A stretch of 64,000 nucleotides of DNA from Actinomycetota bacterium (GTDB taxonomy: Bacteria > Actinomycetota > Geothermincolia > Geothermincolales > RBG-13-55-18): contig JACIXD010000006.1 in the NCBI GenBank assembly GCA_014360645.1, positions 79,940-143,939 of the forward strand, given 5' to 3'. Position 1 is the stretch's first letter. Each line of letters starts with the position of its first letter. The notes under the pieces are model-generated. The model saw nothing but the letters and a program-made list of their open reading frames with translations, did not search any database and was not told where the DNA came from. The position numbers and the translations under genes were made by a program. Shown piece after piece: positions 1 through 8,728 of the stretch.

Positions 1-2053
1 CGGCGCCATAAGCGCACACCCGGTTGCGGCCCGACTGCTTGGCATGGTAGAGGGCGCGGTCGGCCATGTCGATGAGCTCCTCCGCGTCGAAGGCGTCCTC
101 GGGAAGGTTGGCGACCCCCATGCTCACGGTGAGGTTCCCGCCCGGCTGGTCCTCCTCGAAGGGGAACACGTGGTCCTGGATGACGCGCCTGATGCGCTCG
201 GCCATGGCCATGGCCTCGTGTTTCTCCACCTCGGGGATGATCACCGAGAACTCCTCTCCCCCGTAGCGGAAGACGGAATCCACGTCCCTGGTGTTCTGCA
301 TGAGGAGGCCTGCCAGCAGCCGCAGCACCTCGTCCCCTCTCAGGTGGCCGTGCCGGTCGTTGTAGTTCTTGAAGTAATCGATGTCCAACATGATGAAGGA
401 GAGAGGGCGTTCGTAACGCAGAGAGCGCTTCACCTCCTCCCCCAGCACGCGCTTGAGATGGCGGATGTTGTAAAGCCCCGTCAGCTCGTCGGTTATGGCC
501 AGCCGAGATATCTCCTCGAAGAGCCGCGCGCTCTCCACCGCCATGCCGATCTGTTCCCCGATGGCCTTGGCCAGGGTCACGTCCTCATCGTCGAAGGCGT
601 CCCGGTAGCTGCTGGCCATGTGCAGGATGCCGTAGATCTTCTTGCCCGCGCGGATGGGAACGCAGAGGACGGAGCGCGTACGCGGGTCCACGGCCATGTT
701 GAAGCAGCGGGATTCGGTGGCGATATCTCCGCACTGGTAGGCCTCGTCGCGGTCCAGTACGTAGCATCCCCCGCTGCGCTTGAAGGGGTGGCTGAGGTGG
801 CGTTCCACGTATTCCGCGCTGAACCCGAAGCTGCGCACCGTCTCCATCAGCCCGGTGTCGAGATTGACGATGTTGATGAGGGCCTTTTCCGCGGCGAACA
901 GGCCCCGGATGACGTCAAGGGCCAGGTTGTAGAGTTGGTCGAGGCTGGAGACGGTGCTAATGGCATCCACCACCCGTATGAGGCTGGTGAGCTGGGCGAC
1001 CTTCTCCTCGCTGCGGCGGTAGAGGAGCGCGTTGTCGAGAAAGACCGATACGTGTGGGGAAAGGAGCTCCACCATCTCGAGGTCGCGCCGTCCGAAACCG
1101 CGGCGTCCGAGCTTGTTGGCGAGCACCAGGACCCCGATCCCCTTGCCCCGCGCGGCCAGCGGACAGGCCACGAGGTCGAATATCTCGTAGTCGGGGTGGA
1201 AGGGCGCCACCGCCATGTCCCTGGACTGACTGCGGGTGACGAGAATGGCCTTTCCCTGGCGGAAACAGTCGGTGAGCACACCGGGATCGTCCACCTTCAG
1301 GCGCAGCCTGCCCGCGGCCATGAAATCGAGGCCCAGCGAGGGCTGTTGCGCCTCCAGGGTCCCCGTCTTCTCGTTATAGAGAAACACCGTGGCCACCTCC
1401 GCGCGTGTGAGTTCCGCCAAGCGCTGGGTCATCTCCTTGAGCACGTTGTAGAGGGCGTGGCTCTTGCTTGAGCTCACGCTTATCTCGTAGAAGACCTTGA
1501 GCCTCCCCCGGTCCCTGATGAGGAGGTCGATGACGAAGAGGTTCATGGCGGTGGCGCCGATGAGATAGAGGTAACGGAAGGCCAAGGCCTGGGCGAGGTC
1601 ATAGCCCGCAGGGTGGCCGGAGTCGAGGGCCGCAACCACGCCGTAGAAGGCCGCGCTCAGCAGGAAGGCGTAAATGGCCCCGCGGTAACCGTCGTATATC
1701 CCCCCTATCAGTGGTGCGATACCCAGGAAGAGGAAGAGATAGCTCTCCACGCCCCCGCAGAAATGCAGCGCGGCGCAGAAGAAGGCGATGTCCACGGCCC
1801 CCGTGAAGGCGCGCATGGTCCCCTTGAGGCCCATGGTGCCGTACAGGAAGTAGGTGAAGGCGGCATAGAGGAGGTAGGCGGCGGCCAGGATGTACAGCGG
1901 AGAATATTCCACCTCCGCCCCCAGGTCCACGCCGAGACGGTCCAGGTGCACCAGTCCCAGGAGCATGAGCGTGAAGAGGACGCGGAAGGCGACCTCCCTG
2001 CCGCGGGGGTCAAGCCTTTCCTTTTCTCCCAGGATCCGGTAACCAGCCGCCAT
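1..2053 (-). CDS. Membrane-anchored GAF-GGDEF diguanylate cyclase (3' end runs off the window start)
   Basis: Minus-strand translation gives start ATG at 2051-2053 and a multi-helix hydrophobic N-terminus. A GAF-like block follows (...GVLVLANKLGRRGFGRRDLEMVELLSPHVSVFLDNALLY, rc of ~1030-1200). The RYGGEEF active-site motif is at rc of ~250-280. The canonical C-terminal ...ADRALYHAKQSGRNRVCAYGA is at bp 1-80. The plus-strand ORF 44..1471 is its antisense shadow. Confidence 0.85.
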   Translation of the reverse strand, partial: MAAGYRILGEKERLDPRGREVAFRVLFTLMLLGLVHLDRLGVDLGAEVEYSPLYILAAAYLLYAAFTYFLYGTMGLKGTMRAFTGAVDIAFFCAALHFCGGVESYLFLFLGIAPLIGGIYDGYRGAIYAFLLSAAFYGVVAALDSGHPAGYDLAQALAFRYLYLIGATAMNLFVIDLLIRDRGRLKVFYEISVSSSKSHALYNVLKEMTQRLAELTRAEVATVFLYNEKTGTLEAQQPSLGLDFMAAGRLRLKVDDPGVLTDCFRQGKAILVTRSQSRDMAVAPFHPDYEIFDLVACPLAARGKGIGVLVLANKLGRRGFGRRDLEMVELLSPHVSVFLDNALLYRRSEEKVAQLTSLIRVVDAISTVSSLDQLYNLALDVIRGLFAAEKALINIVNLDTGLMETVRSFGFSAEYVERHLSHPFKRSGGCYVLDRDEAYQCGDIATESRCFNMAVDPRTRSVLCVPIRAGKKIYGILHMASSYRDAFDDEDVTLAKAIGEQIGMAVESARLFEEISRLAITDELTGLYNIRHLKRVLGEEVKRSLRYERPLSFIMLDIDYFKNYNDRHGHLRGDEVLRLLAGLLMQNTRDVDSVFRYGGEEFSVIIPEVEKHEAMAMAERIRRVIQDHVFPFEEDQPGGNLTVSMGVANLPEDAFDAEELIDMADRALYHAKQSGRNRVCAYGA

Positions 2054-2142
2054 CCGCTTCCTCTTCAGCCCTTGAATTCCGTGCCCGGGTATCCGTGCTC
2101 CGCGTCCTTTAAAAGGTGTGGCTCTCGCACACGGACGCATGC

Positions 2143-2243
2143 CCGTCCCCTTTCGCGGGTCTCCGCCATCCTCTTCCCGGACCTGCCGCCATCCGGATAC
2201 ATCGAAGCCGCATCCCCGTCCCCTTCCGCGGGTCTCCGCCATC
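2143..2243. repeat. Two 28-bp direct repeats (ccgtcccct[t/c]cgcgggtctccgccatc, 1 mismatch) 73 bp apart, in the hflX-GGDEF intergenic region
   Basis: Copies at 2143-2170 and 2216-2243. They lie upstream of the GGDEF gene start (2053) and downstream of the hflX stop (2313). Confidence 0.7.
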
Positions 2244-2312
2244 AGGACCATATTAGCATCCGGCGAAGACGGACGTCCGCGCTCGGCGGATCCCCCGCCC
2301 CCTCTTTCCGCC

Positions 2313-3584
2313 TCATCCTTCCACGCTGCGCGTCGCGTCCCCCTCCGCCCCTCCTCCGCGCGACCTCCTGCCCCTCCGCATGCGGTCCGCGAAACGGTGC
2401 AGCATACTCTCCGGTATCTCGGCGACCACGCGGCAGCCCTCCTCCCCTTCCTTGATCTCCAGCACATTCCCCACGCGGTAGAGGAGGGCGAGACGGTCTC
2501 CTTCCGAGTACGGAAGGAGCAGGGTCACCACGCGCGAGGGCCGCAGCGCCTCCGCCATGCGCTCGCGCAGCTCCGCGAGCCCTACTCCGATGAGGGTGGA
2601 GACGAAGACCCCGTCCGGCACGGCGCGGGCGAGGTCCGCCCGGTCGGCGGCGTCCAGAAGGTCAGACTTGTTCAGGACCCTGATCGCCGGCAGGTCGCCC
2701 GCCCCGATCTCCTCCAGGACCTCCTCCACCGCCCGCATGCGTTCCTCCAGCCCGGGCGAGGCGGCGTCGATGACGTGCAGCAGCACGTCCGCCTCCGCCA
2801 CCTCCTCCAGGGTGGACTTGAAGGCCTCCACCAGCTGGTGAGGGAGGCGCCGGATGAAGCCGACGGTGTCGGTGATCACCGCGTGGCGGTTTCCGGGCAG
2901 CTCCAGGCGGCGCGTGACGGGGTCGAGGGTGGAGAAGAGCTGGTCCTCCACCGTCACCCCCGCCCCGGTAAGGGCGTTGAGGAGGGAGGACTTGCCGGCA
3001 TTGGTATAACCTACCAGGGCAAAGGTGGACGCGGAGCGTCTCTCGCGCCGCTTGCGCTTGAGCTTCCTGATGCGCGAGAGGTCCCTGAGCTCCCTGTCCA
3101 GGGTCTTGATGCGCGCGTTGATGCGCCGCCTGTCCACCTCCAGTTGCGTCTCGCCGGGACCCCTGGTGCCGATGCCTCCACCCAGCCTGCTCAGCTCGAC
3201 TCCCCTTCCCGCCAGGCGGGTGAGGGAATAGCGCAGTTGGGCCATCTCCACCTGTGCCTTACCCTCCTTGGAGCGGGCGTGGATGGCGAAGATGTCCAGG
3301 ATGAGGGCGGTGCGGTCAAGTACCTTGACCCCGAGGGCGTTTTCCAGGTTGCGCTGCTGGGAGGGGGTCAGTTCCTGGTCGAAGATCACCATATCCGCAT
3401 GGCCGGATGCCGACAGTTCACGCAGCTCCTGCAGCTTTCCCCTTCCCAGCAGGGTGGCGGGATCGGGTCTGTTCCGGGACTGGCGCACCGCTCCCACCAC
3501 CTCCGCGCCGGCGGTGAGAGCCAGGGAACGCAGCTCGCCCAGGCTCTCTTCCGCCTCCTCCTCAGAGGTCTCCCCCCAGCGCAC
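2313..3584 (-). CDS. hflX: GTPase HflX
   Basis: 423-aa ORF with HflX N-domain, G1 motif GYTNAGKSSL and G3 DTVGF. The C-terminus has an Arg/Gly-rich tail. Confidence 0.9.
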   Translation of the reverse strand: MRWGETSEEEAEESLGELRSLALTAGAEVVGAVRQSRNRPDPATLLGRGKLQELRELSASGHADMVIFDQELTPSQQRNLENALGVKVLDRTALILDIFAIHARSKEGKAQVEMAQLRYSLTRLAGRGVELSRLGGGIGTRGPGETQLEVDRRRINARIKTLDRELRDLSRIRKLKRKRRERRSASTFALVGYTNAGKSSLLNALTGAGVTVEDQLFSTLDPVTRRLELPGNRHAVITDTVGFIRRLPHQLVEAFKSTLEEVAEADVLLHVIDAASPGLEERMRAVEEVLEEIGAGDLPAIRVLNKSDLLDAADRADLARAVPDGVFVSTLIGVGLAELRERMAEALRPSRVVTLLLPYSEGDRLALLYRVGNVLEIKEGEEGCRVVAEIPESMLHRFADRMRRGRRSRGGGAEGDATRSVEG

Positions 3585-3854
3585 GCCGACCAGAACGGCC
3601 CTTTCGGGGTCTTCCCTCTCCTTTCCGGGCAGTGACCTCAGCCCCCTTTCCCGCCTGCTGCCGCTTCCTCAGTCTCCCCGGGAACCGCACCCCCGCCGGA
3701 GGTGGGTGCGCCGGTCTCCATCGGAATATCCCTCCATGCCCCGAGGGCCGCCCGCACGCCGCTGCCTCGTCTTCCCCGCCTCCCCGGACCTCCCGCGGCT
3801 CGGGTCACGCCGTGCAGGCGCTACCGCCGCGCGACCGCGAGTCGCGGCTGCGGC

Positions 3855-5015
3855 TCAGGAGAACGCTCTCTTCATGCGCTCGATGCCCTCGCGGATAAGC
3901 CCGTCCGGCAGGGTGAGCGAGAAACGCACGTAACCTTCACCCCGACGCCCGTATGCGGAGCCGGGGGCCACCACCACCTCGGCCTTCTCCAGCAGCTCCC
4001 TCGCGAAGGCGGCGGAATCGTAGCCCTCCGGGACCTTCATCCACACGTACAGGGTGGCCCTAGGCGGGTCCACCTCCCAGCCCAAGGAACGCAGGCCCTC
4101 CACCAGCATGTCTCTCCTGCGCCGGTATATCTCGCGGTTGGCCTCCACGCAGTCCTGGGGTCCCTCAAGCGCCGATACCGCCGCGAGCTGTACGGCGTTG
4201 AAGACGCCGGAGTCGATGTTCTCCTTCACCGCGGCGAAGGCGGAGATGATGTCCCTGCCCCCCACCGCGAAGCCCACGCGCCAGCCGGTCATGTTGTAGG
4301 TCTTGGAGAGGGAGTGGAACTCCACCGCGAGCTCCTTCGCCCCATCTATCTCCAGCACAGAGGGCGCCACGTAGCCGTCGTAGGTGATCTCGGAATAGGC
4401 CAGGTCGTGGGCGATGACCACCTGGTGTCGGCGAGCGTAAAACACCAGCTCTTCCAGGAAGGCGTGGTCGGCCACGGCGGCGGTGGGGTTGTTGGGATAG
4501 TTGAGGAAGATGAGCTCCGCGCAGCGCCAGGTCTCCTCGGGGATGTCGCGCAGCCTGGGAAGAAATCCCTCCCCCTCCTCCAGGGGCACCTCCATGGGAA
4601 TTCCGCCGCAGAAGGTCACCGAGGTGCGGTAAACGGGGTAAGCCGGGTCGGGCACCAGGGCAAGATCGCCCGGATCGAGCAGGGCCAAGGGAAGGTGGGC
4701 GATGCCCTCCTTGGAGCCGATGAGGGCGAGCACTTCCCTCTCCGGGTCGAGGCCCACGCCGAAGCGGTTCCGGAACCACTCCGCCGCCGCCTCGCGGTAA
4801 CGCGCCATACCGCGGTATGAGGGGTAGCGGTGGTTCTCGGGGCGCGCCGCCTCCGCGCTCAGCCTTTCCACCACATGGGGAGGGGTGGGGAGGTCGGGGT
4901 CTCCCACCCCGAAGTTGATCACCTCCACTCCCCGCGATCGCTTCTCCTCGATTATCCGGTCGATCTCGGCGAACAGGTATGGCGGCAGTTCAGCGATGCG
5001 CCTGGCGACCTTCAC
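3855..5015 (-). CDS. dapL: LL-diaminopimelate aminotransferase (DapL-type, fold-type I PLP aminotransferase)
   Basis: 386 aa. Signature N-terminus RIAELPPYLFAEID and Lys-containing SLSKTYNMTGWRVG. GTG start at 5013-5015, preceded by GAAGGAGGAGAG. Immediately downstream of dapF. Confidence 0.85.
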   Translation of the reverse strand: MKVARRIAELPPYLFAEIDRIIEEKRSRGVEVINFGVGDPDLPTPPHVVERLSAEAARPENHRYPSYRGMARYREAAAEWFRNRFGVGLDPEREVLALIGSKEGIAHLPLALLDPGDLALVPDPAYPVYRTSVTFCGGIPMEVPLEEGEGFLPRLRDIPEETWRCAELIFLNYPNNPTAAVADHAFLEELVFYARRHQVVIAHDLAYSEITYDGYVAPSVLEIDGAKELAVEFHSLSKTYNMTGWRVGFAVGGRDIISAFAAVKENIDSGVFNAVQLAAVSALEGPQDCVEANREIYRRRRDMLVEGLRSLGWEVDPPRATLYVWMKVPEGYDSAAFARELLEKAEVVVAPGSAYGRRGEGYVRFSLTLPDGLIREGIERMKRAFS

Positions 5016-5140
5016 CTCTCCTCCTTCACGCTTTCCGTCTGCGGTCCGTCCACCCCCGGTTGCGGCTTGCGGCTCACCCCCGGAGCGGCAGCTCCGAGAT
5101 GCGCCTGGCGACCTTCACCTCTCCTCCTTCACGCGTTCTC
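4975..5140. repeat. Tandem duplication (~100 bp period) of the dapL ribosome-binding site plus first ~8 codons
   Basis: A 37-nt exact repeat (gatgcgcctggcgaccttcacctctcctccttcacgc) at 4995-5031 and 5098-5134, with weaker similarity extending ~20 nt 5'. The upstream copy encodes GTG-KVARRISELPLRG-stop (uORF 5091-5135, minus strand), mimicking the DapL N-terminus MKVARRIAELPPY. Confidence 0.8.
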
Positions 5141-5149
5141 GTTTGCCCG

Positions 5150-6004
5150 TCACCGGTCCGTATAGAAGGAGGGAGAGAGCTCGCCCATGAAGACCTCCAC
5201 CGCCGGACCCCGCATGAGCAGGTGTCCGTGTTCGTCGGCGGATATGACCAGGTCTCCTCCGGGCAGGGTCACGCGCACGGGAAAGGAACTCCGGCCCAGG
5301 TTGACCGCCGAAACCGCCGCGGCGCAGGCGCCGGTCCCGCAAGCCCGCGTCTCCCCCACTCCCCGCTCCCAGACCCTCACCAGGAGTCGGTCGCCGCCGC
5401 GGGGCTCCATGAACTCCACGTTGGTGCGCCGCGGGAAGGCGGGATGTACCTCTATCTCCGGTCCCAGGGTGGCGACAGGAGCCTCCTCGATGTCCCCCAC
5501 CGGGATCACGCAGTGGGGGTTTCCCATGGACACGCAGAAGACCTCCAGCGAGGCGCCGTTCCCGAGCTCGAGGTTCACCATCCCCGGCCTGGAGGGATCG
5601 CCGTACGAAGGGAGGTCCGGGGATGCCAGGTCCGGCATGCCCATGTCCACCTCCACCTCCCGCACCATTCCCTCTTCCACCTCCAGGCGCAGGGACTTCA
5701 TCCCCGCAGCCGTCTCTATGAGCATCTCTTTCCTGGTGATGCCCGCACGCTCGTAGAGATACTTGGCGAGGCAGCGGATGCCGTTGCCGCACATCTCGGC
5801 CTCGCTCCCGTCGGCGTTGAAGATGCGCATGCGGGCGTCTCCCCCGGCTTCGGAGGGAGCGGTATGGATCACCCCGTCCGCGCCGATGCCCGTATGCCTC
5901 CTGCACCAGGCCTCCACCTCCCCCGCCGAGGGCACGGGGGTTCCCGTGAAGCCGTCCAGGATGACGAAGTCGTTCCCGGTGCCGTGATACTTGTAAAACC
6001 TCAT
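5150..6004 (-). CDS. dapF: Diaminopimelate epimerase
   Basis: 284 aa. N-terminus MRFYKYHGTGNDFVILD. Catalytic Cys motifs MCGNGIRC and ACGTGACA. Confidence 0.95.
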   Translation of the reverse strand: MRFYKYHGTGNDFVILDGFTGTPVPSAGEVEAWCRRHTGIGADGVIHTAPSEAGGDARMRIFNADGSEAEMCGNGIRCLAKYLYERAGITRKEMLIETAAGMKSLRLEVEEGMVREVEVDMGMPDLASPDLPSYGDPSRPGMVNLELGNGASLEVFCVSMGNPHCVIPVGDIEEAPVATLGPEIEVHPAFPRRTNVEFMEPRGGDRLLVRVWERGVGETRACGTGACAAAVSAVNLGRSSFPVRVTLPGGDLVISADEHGHLLMRGPAVEVFMGELSPSFYTDR

Positions 6005-6081
6005 GACCTCACCGCCGGTGTATACGACTCACCGCCTGCCGAGAGCACGCGGCGGCGGCGCCTGCACGTGCTCCGCGGCCC

Positions 6082-7044
6082 TCACCCGAGTCCGAGCTCT
6101 CTTGCCACGTGATCATGGATCCTGCGGGCCGCGGCGCTGTAGGAGCCGGGGCCCTCCTCCCCTTCCATCTCCATCCACAAGAGCCCCGGTACGCGCCTGA
6201 ACCAGGTCAGCTGGCGCTTGGCGTAATTGCGGGACCTCCGCTTGATTTCAGTGATAGTTTCCTCGAGGGGTATCCCCCTGTCAAGGTGACGGATGACCTC
6301 CCGGTACCCAAGGGCCTGGGCGGCGGTGCGCGACAGCCCTCCCCGGGAGAGCAGCCCGCGCACCTCCTCCACCAGGCCGGCCGCGAACATCTCCTCCACG
6401 CGGCGGTCGATACGTCGGTAAAGCTCCTCGCGCGGCAGCGTCAACACCACGCCCGCGTAGCGGTAGAGGGGCCTCTGCTGTCCCCTCTTCACCTGGAAGG
6501 AGGAAAACGGTCTGCCGGTGCGGCGGTAGACCTCCATGGCCCTGGCCACCCGCCGCAGGTTCTCCATCCCCTCGCCGCATGCGAAATCCGGGTCCACCTC
6601 CGCGAGACTGCGGCGCAGTCCCTCGGGATCCCTGCGCGCCCAGTCCTCGATGTCGCGCCGCAGCCGGTCATCGCGGCTGCCGGGCGGGAAGCGCAGGTCG
6701 AAGACCGCGGCCTCGAAGTAGAGCCCCGTCCCTCCCACCAGCAGAGGGAGTCTGCCTCGCGCCGCTGTATCTGCCATTATATCCCTGGCCTGCGCCTGGA
6801 AGAGGGCCACGGAGTATTCCTCCTGCGCCTCCACCACGTCGATCATGTGGTGGACGACGCGACGGCGCAGGCTTTCGTCCGGCTTTGCGGTCCCGATGTC
6901 CATGCCCCGGTAGACCTGCATGGAATCGACGGAGATGATCTCCAGCGGACATAGCGAAGCCAGCTCCACGGCGACCCTGCTCTTGCCCACCGCGGTGGGC
7001 CCCAGGATGGCCGCAACCCTTATCTCGCCGCCCGCTCCGGCCAT
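6082..7044 (-). CDS. miaA: tRNA dimethylallyltransferase (i6A37 synthase)
   Basis: 320 aa. P-loop GPTAVGKS and the conserved MiaA core. Confidence 0.95.
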   Translation of the reverse strand: MAGAGGEIRVAAILGPTAVGKSRVAVELASLCPLEIISVDSMQVYRGMDIGTAKPDESLRRRVVHHMIDVVEAQEEYSVALFQAQARDIMADTAARGRLPLLVGGTGLYFEAAVFDLRFPPGSRDDRLRRDIEDWARRDPEGLRRSLAEVDPDFACGEGMENLRRVARAMEVYRRTGRPFSSFQVKRGQQRPLYRYAGVVLTLPREELYRRIDRRVEEMFAAGLVEEVRGLLSRGGLSRTAAQALGYREVIRHLDRGIPLEETITEIKRRSRNYAKRQLTWFRRVPGLLWMEMEGEEGPGSYSAAARRIHDHVARELGLG

Positions 7045-7053
7045 CTCGACCCG

Positions 7054-7602
7054 TCAGTGATGTCTGGTCACGGTGAAGCGGAAGAGCTGTACGGGCTCGT
7101 GCTCGGCGATGCCGGCCTTGGCGCGAGCGATCTCGAGCTGCTGCTCCACGCTGTCGACCCCTTCGAGGTCGGGCAGAAGAAGCCCTATCCTCCCTCCCCT
7201 CTTCACGATCACCCCGTAGCGCTTGGGGTCGAGATGGGAGGCGTCGGGGACCGGCTCGGGATCGCTGAGCACGTCCACGCTGATCTCCAGTTCCGGTATC
7301 TCCTCCGCGGTCACGGGCGGAAAGCGGGGGTCGCGCGTGGCGGCGCTGATGGCGTTGCTGATGATCTCCTCCGCGAGGTTATCGTAACAGGGCTGGAAGG
7401 TGCCGATGCAACCCCTCAGCTCTCCCCGCTTTTTCAGGCTCACGAAGGCGGCGGCCTTCTCCTCCAGCTCCCCGCCCAGGTTTCCGGACTCCGCAGCCCG
7501 CAGCCGCCTTCCCTCCCTCACCCAGGCCTCGATGGCGGCCCGCGCCAGCCTGACGTGGGGACTCTCCTCCTGCCGCGCCGCCTCGTCCTTCACGGGGAAC
7601 AC
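7054..7602 (-). CDS. AMMECR1-domain protein (AmmeMemoRadiSam system protein A family)
   Basis: 182 aa with the diagnostic LRGCIGT motif. Start lies 3 bp after the stop of the upstream LigB-like gene. Confidence 0.85.
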   Translation of the reverse strand: MFPVKDEAARQEESPHVRLARAAIEAWVREGRRLRAAESGNLGGELEEKAAAFVSLKKRGELRGCIGTFQPCYDNLAEEIISNAISAATRDPRFPPVTAEEIPELEISVDVLSDPEPVPDASHLDPKRYGVIVKRGGRIGLLLPDLEGVDSVEQQLEIARAKAGIAEHEPVQLFRFTVTRHH

Positions 7603-7605
7603 CTC

Positions 7606-8439
7606 CTAGCTCACACGCGTATGCAACGACACAAGATACCCTACCCCGAAGGGGCCTTCATAGGACAGAACCTCGTTAACCAGGTCGCCGTCCTTCAGGG
7701 CTCCCCAGAGAGCATGGATGGAGCGAAAGCCGCACTCCCCCGCCTCCTCCACCAGATCCTCGGGGATGTCTCGCAGGGAGTCGAAATCCCCGCCCGCGGC
7801 GATGTCCCGGATGCGGGAATCGAACTCCGCCCCCCGTGGACTGTATCCCGCCGGAGCTCCCCGCAAAAGGCGGTGCGAGAGATCGCCGCTGGCCACGAAC
7901 ACCGCCCTGCGACCCAGTTCCTCGCAAGCCCTGGCCGCCGCGCGCCCGAGCTGGAAATGGTCCTGGTAGGACAGGCCGGAGATGGAAAGAGATACCACGG
8001 GGGTCTCGAAGGCCTGGTCCAGGTAGTAAAGGGGAACCAGGAGGCCGTGATCGAGTTCCTCTCCCCCCTCCAGCCAGCGGGACGGCCGCGCTGAGACCGG
8101 TGCCAGCGGCAGCCCCTCCTCTCCGGCCACGCGCAACAGGGCCTCCACCAGCTCCAGGTCGTTGCGCTTGGAGATGCGCACCCCCGGCTGGCCGAAGGCG
8201 GCGAAACTGCCGGTCAGTTCGGGGGAGCCCTTGACGGTGAAGGAGTCGCGGTACATGGGGGTATGGGGGGAGATCATCACCAGCACCCTGGGCGCGAGTT
8301 CCGCCAACCTACGCGCGAGGGCCTCCATGGCTCGTCGGGTGGAACGCACCTTTTCGAGGTCTCGCCCGCCGATGGCCGGTACGAGCAGCGGCGGATGGGG
8401 CACGATGCAGCCTGCCGCCATCCCTTCCTTCCTGGTCAT
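7606..8439 (-). CDS. LigB / class-III extradiol dioxygenase subunit B-like (Memo superfamily) protein
   Basis: 277 aa. N-terminal CIVPHPPLLVP and internal ISPHTP metal-ligand-like motifs typical of PF02900/Memo-related folds. Confidence 0.75.
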   Translation of the reverse strand: MTRKEGMAAGCIVPHPPLLVPAIGGRDLEKVRSTRRAMEALARRLAELAPRVLVMISPHTPMYRDSFTVKGSPELTGSFAAFGQPGVRISKRNDLELVEALLRVAGEEGLPLAPVSARPSRWLEGGEELDHGLLVPLYYLDQAFETPVVSLSISGLSYQDHFQLGRAAARACEELGRRAVFVASGDLSHRLLRGAPAGYSPRGAEFDSRIRDIAAGGDFDSLRDIPEDLVEEAGECGFRSIHALWGALKDGDLVNEVLSYEGPFGVGYLVSLHTRVS

Positions 8440-8636
8440 GCCGTCACCCCCGCCTTTCTATATCCCGCGCCCCCGCTCATGAGGCTCCTTCCTCCTTCAC
8501 TTAGCCGTTCCTTCGACTCATTTCCGTGAGTTCGCCTCCAGGCCTCGGCCCGGAGGCCGCAGGGGCTTTCGTTCCCGACTCCGTGTATAGCATACCCAGG
8601 TACGCTGGGCGGAAAACGTGCACGCGATCCCCGGCG

Positions 8637-8728
8637 GTTCAGCCCGTCACCTCCCGGCCGAAGCAGCGTTTGTGAACGGCATAGGGGGCATGAAACACGC
8701 ATGGCGGCATTTCAGCCCATCACCTCCA
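8637..8728. repeat. Short duplicate (16/17 nt) of the miaB 3' end, 75 bp downstream of the stop
   Basis: ttcagccc[a/g]tcacctcc at 8712-8728 (miaB last codons plus stop) and 8637-8653. Confidence 0.6.

Noticed and set aside
44-1471. Long plus-strand ORFs: 44..1471, 1613..2455, 2118..3635, 3702..4820, 6109..6954, 7057..8094, 9261..10154, 27670..29604, 36284..38344, 39488..41359, 45351..46385, 54561..58109 and others
   Set aside because: They are antisense shadows of well-supported minus-strand genes, as expected at ~68 % GC. They lack RBS, have inverted codon-position GC bias, and their products are Arg/Pro/Gly-rich low-complexity sequences.
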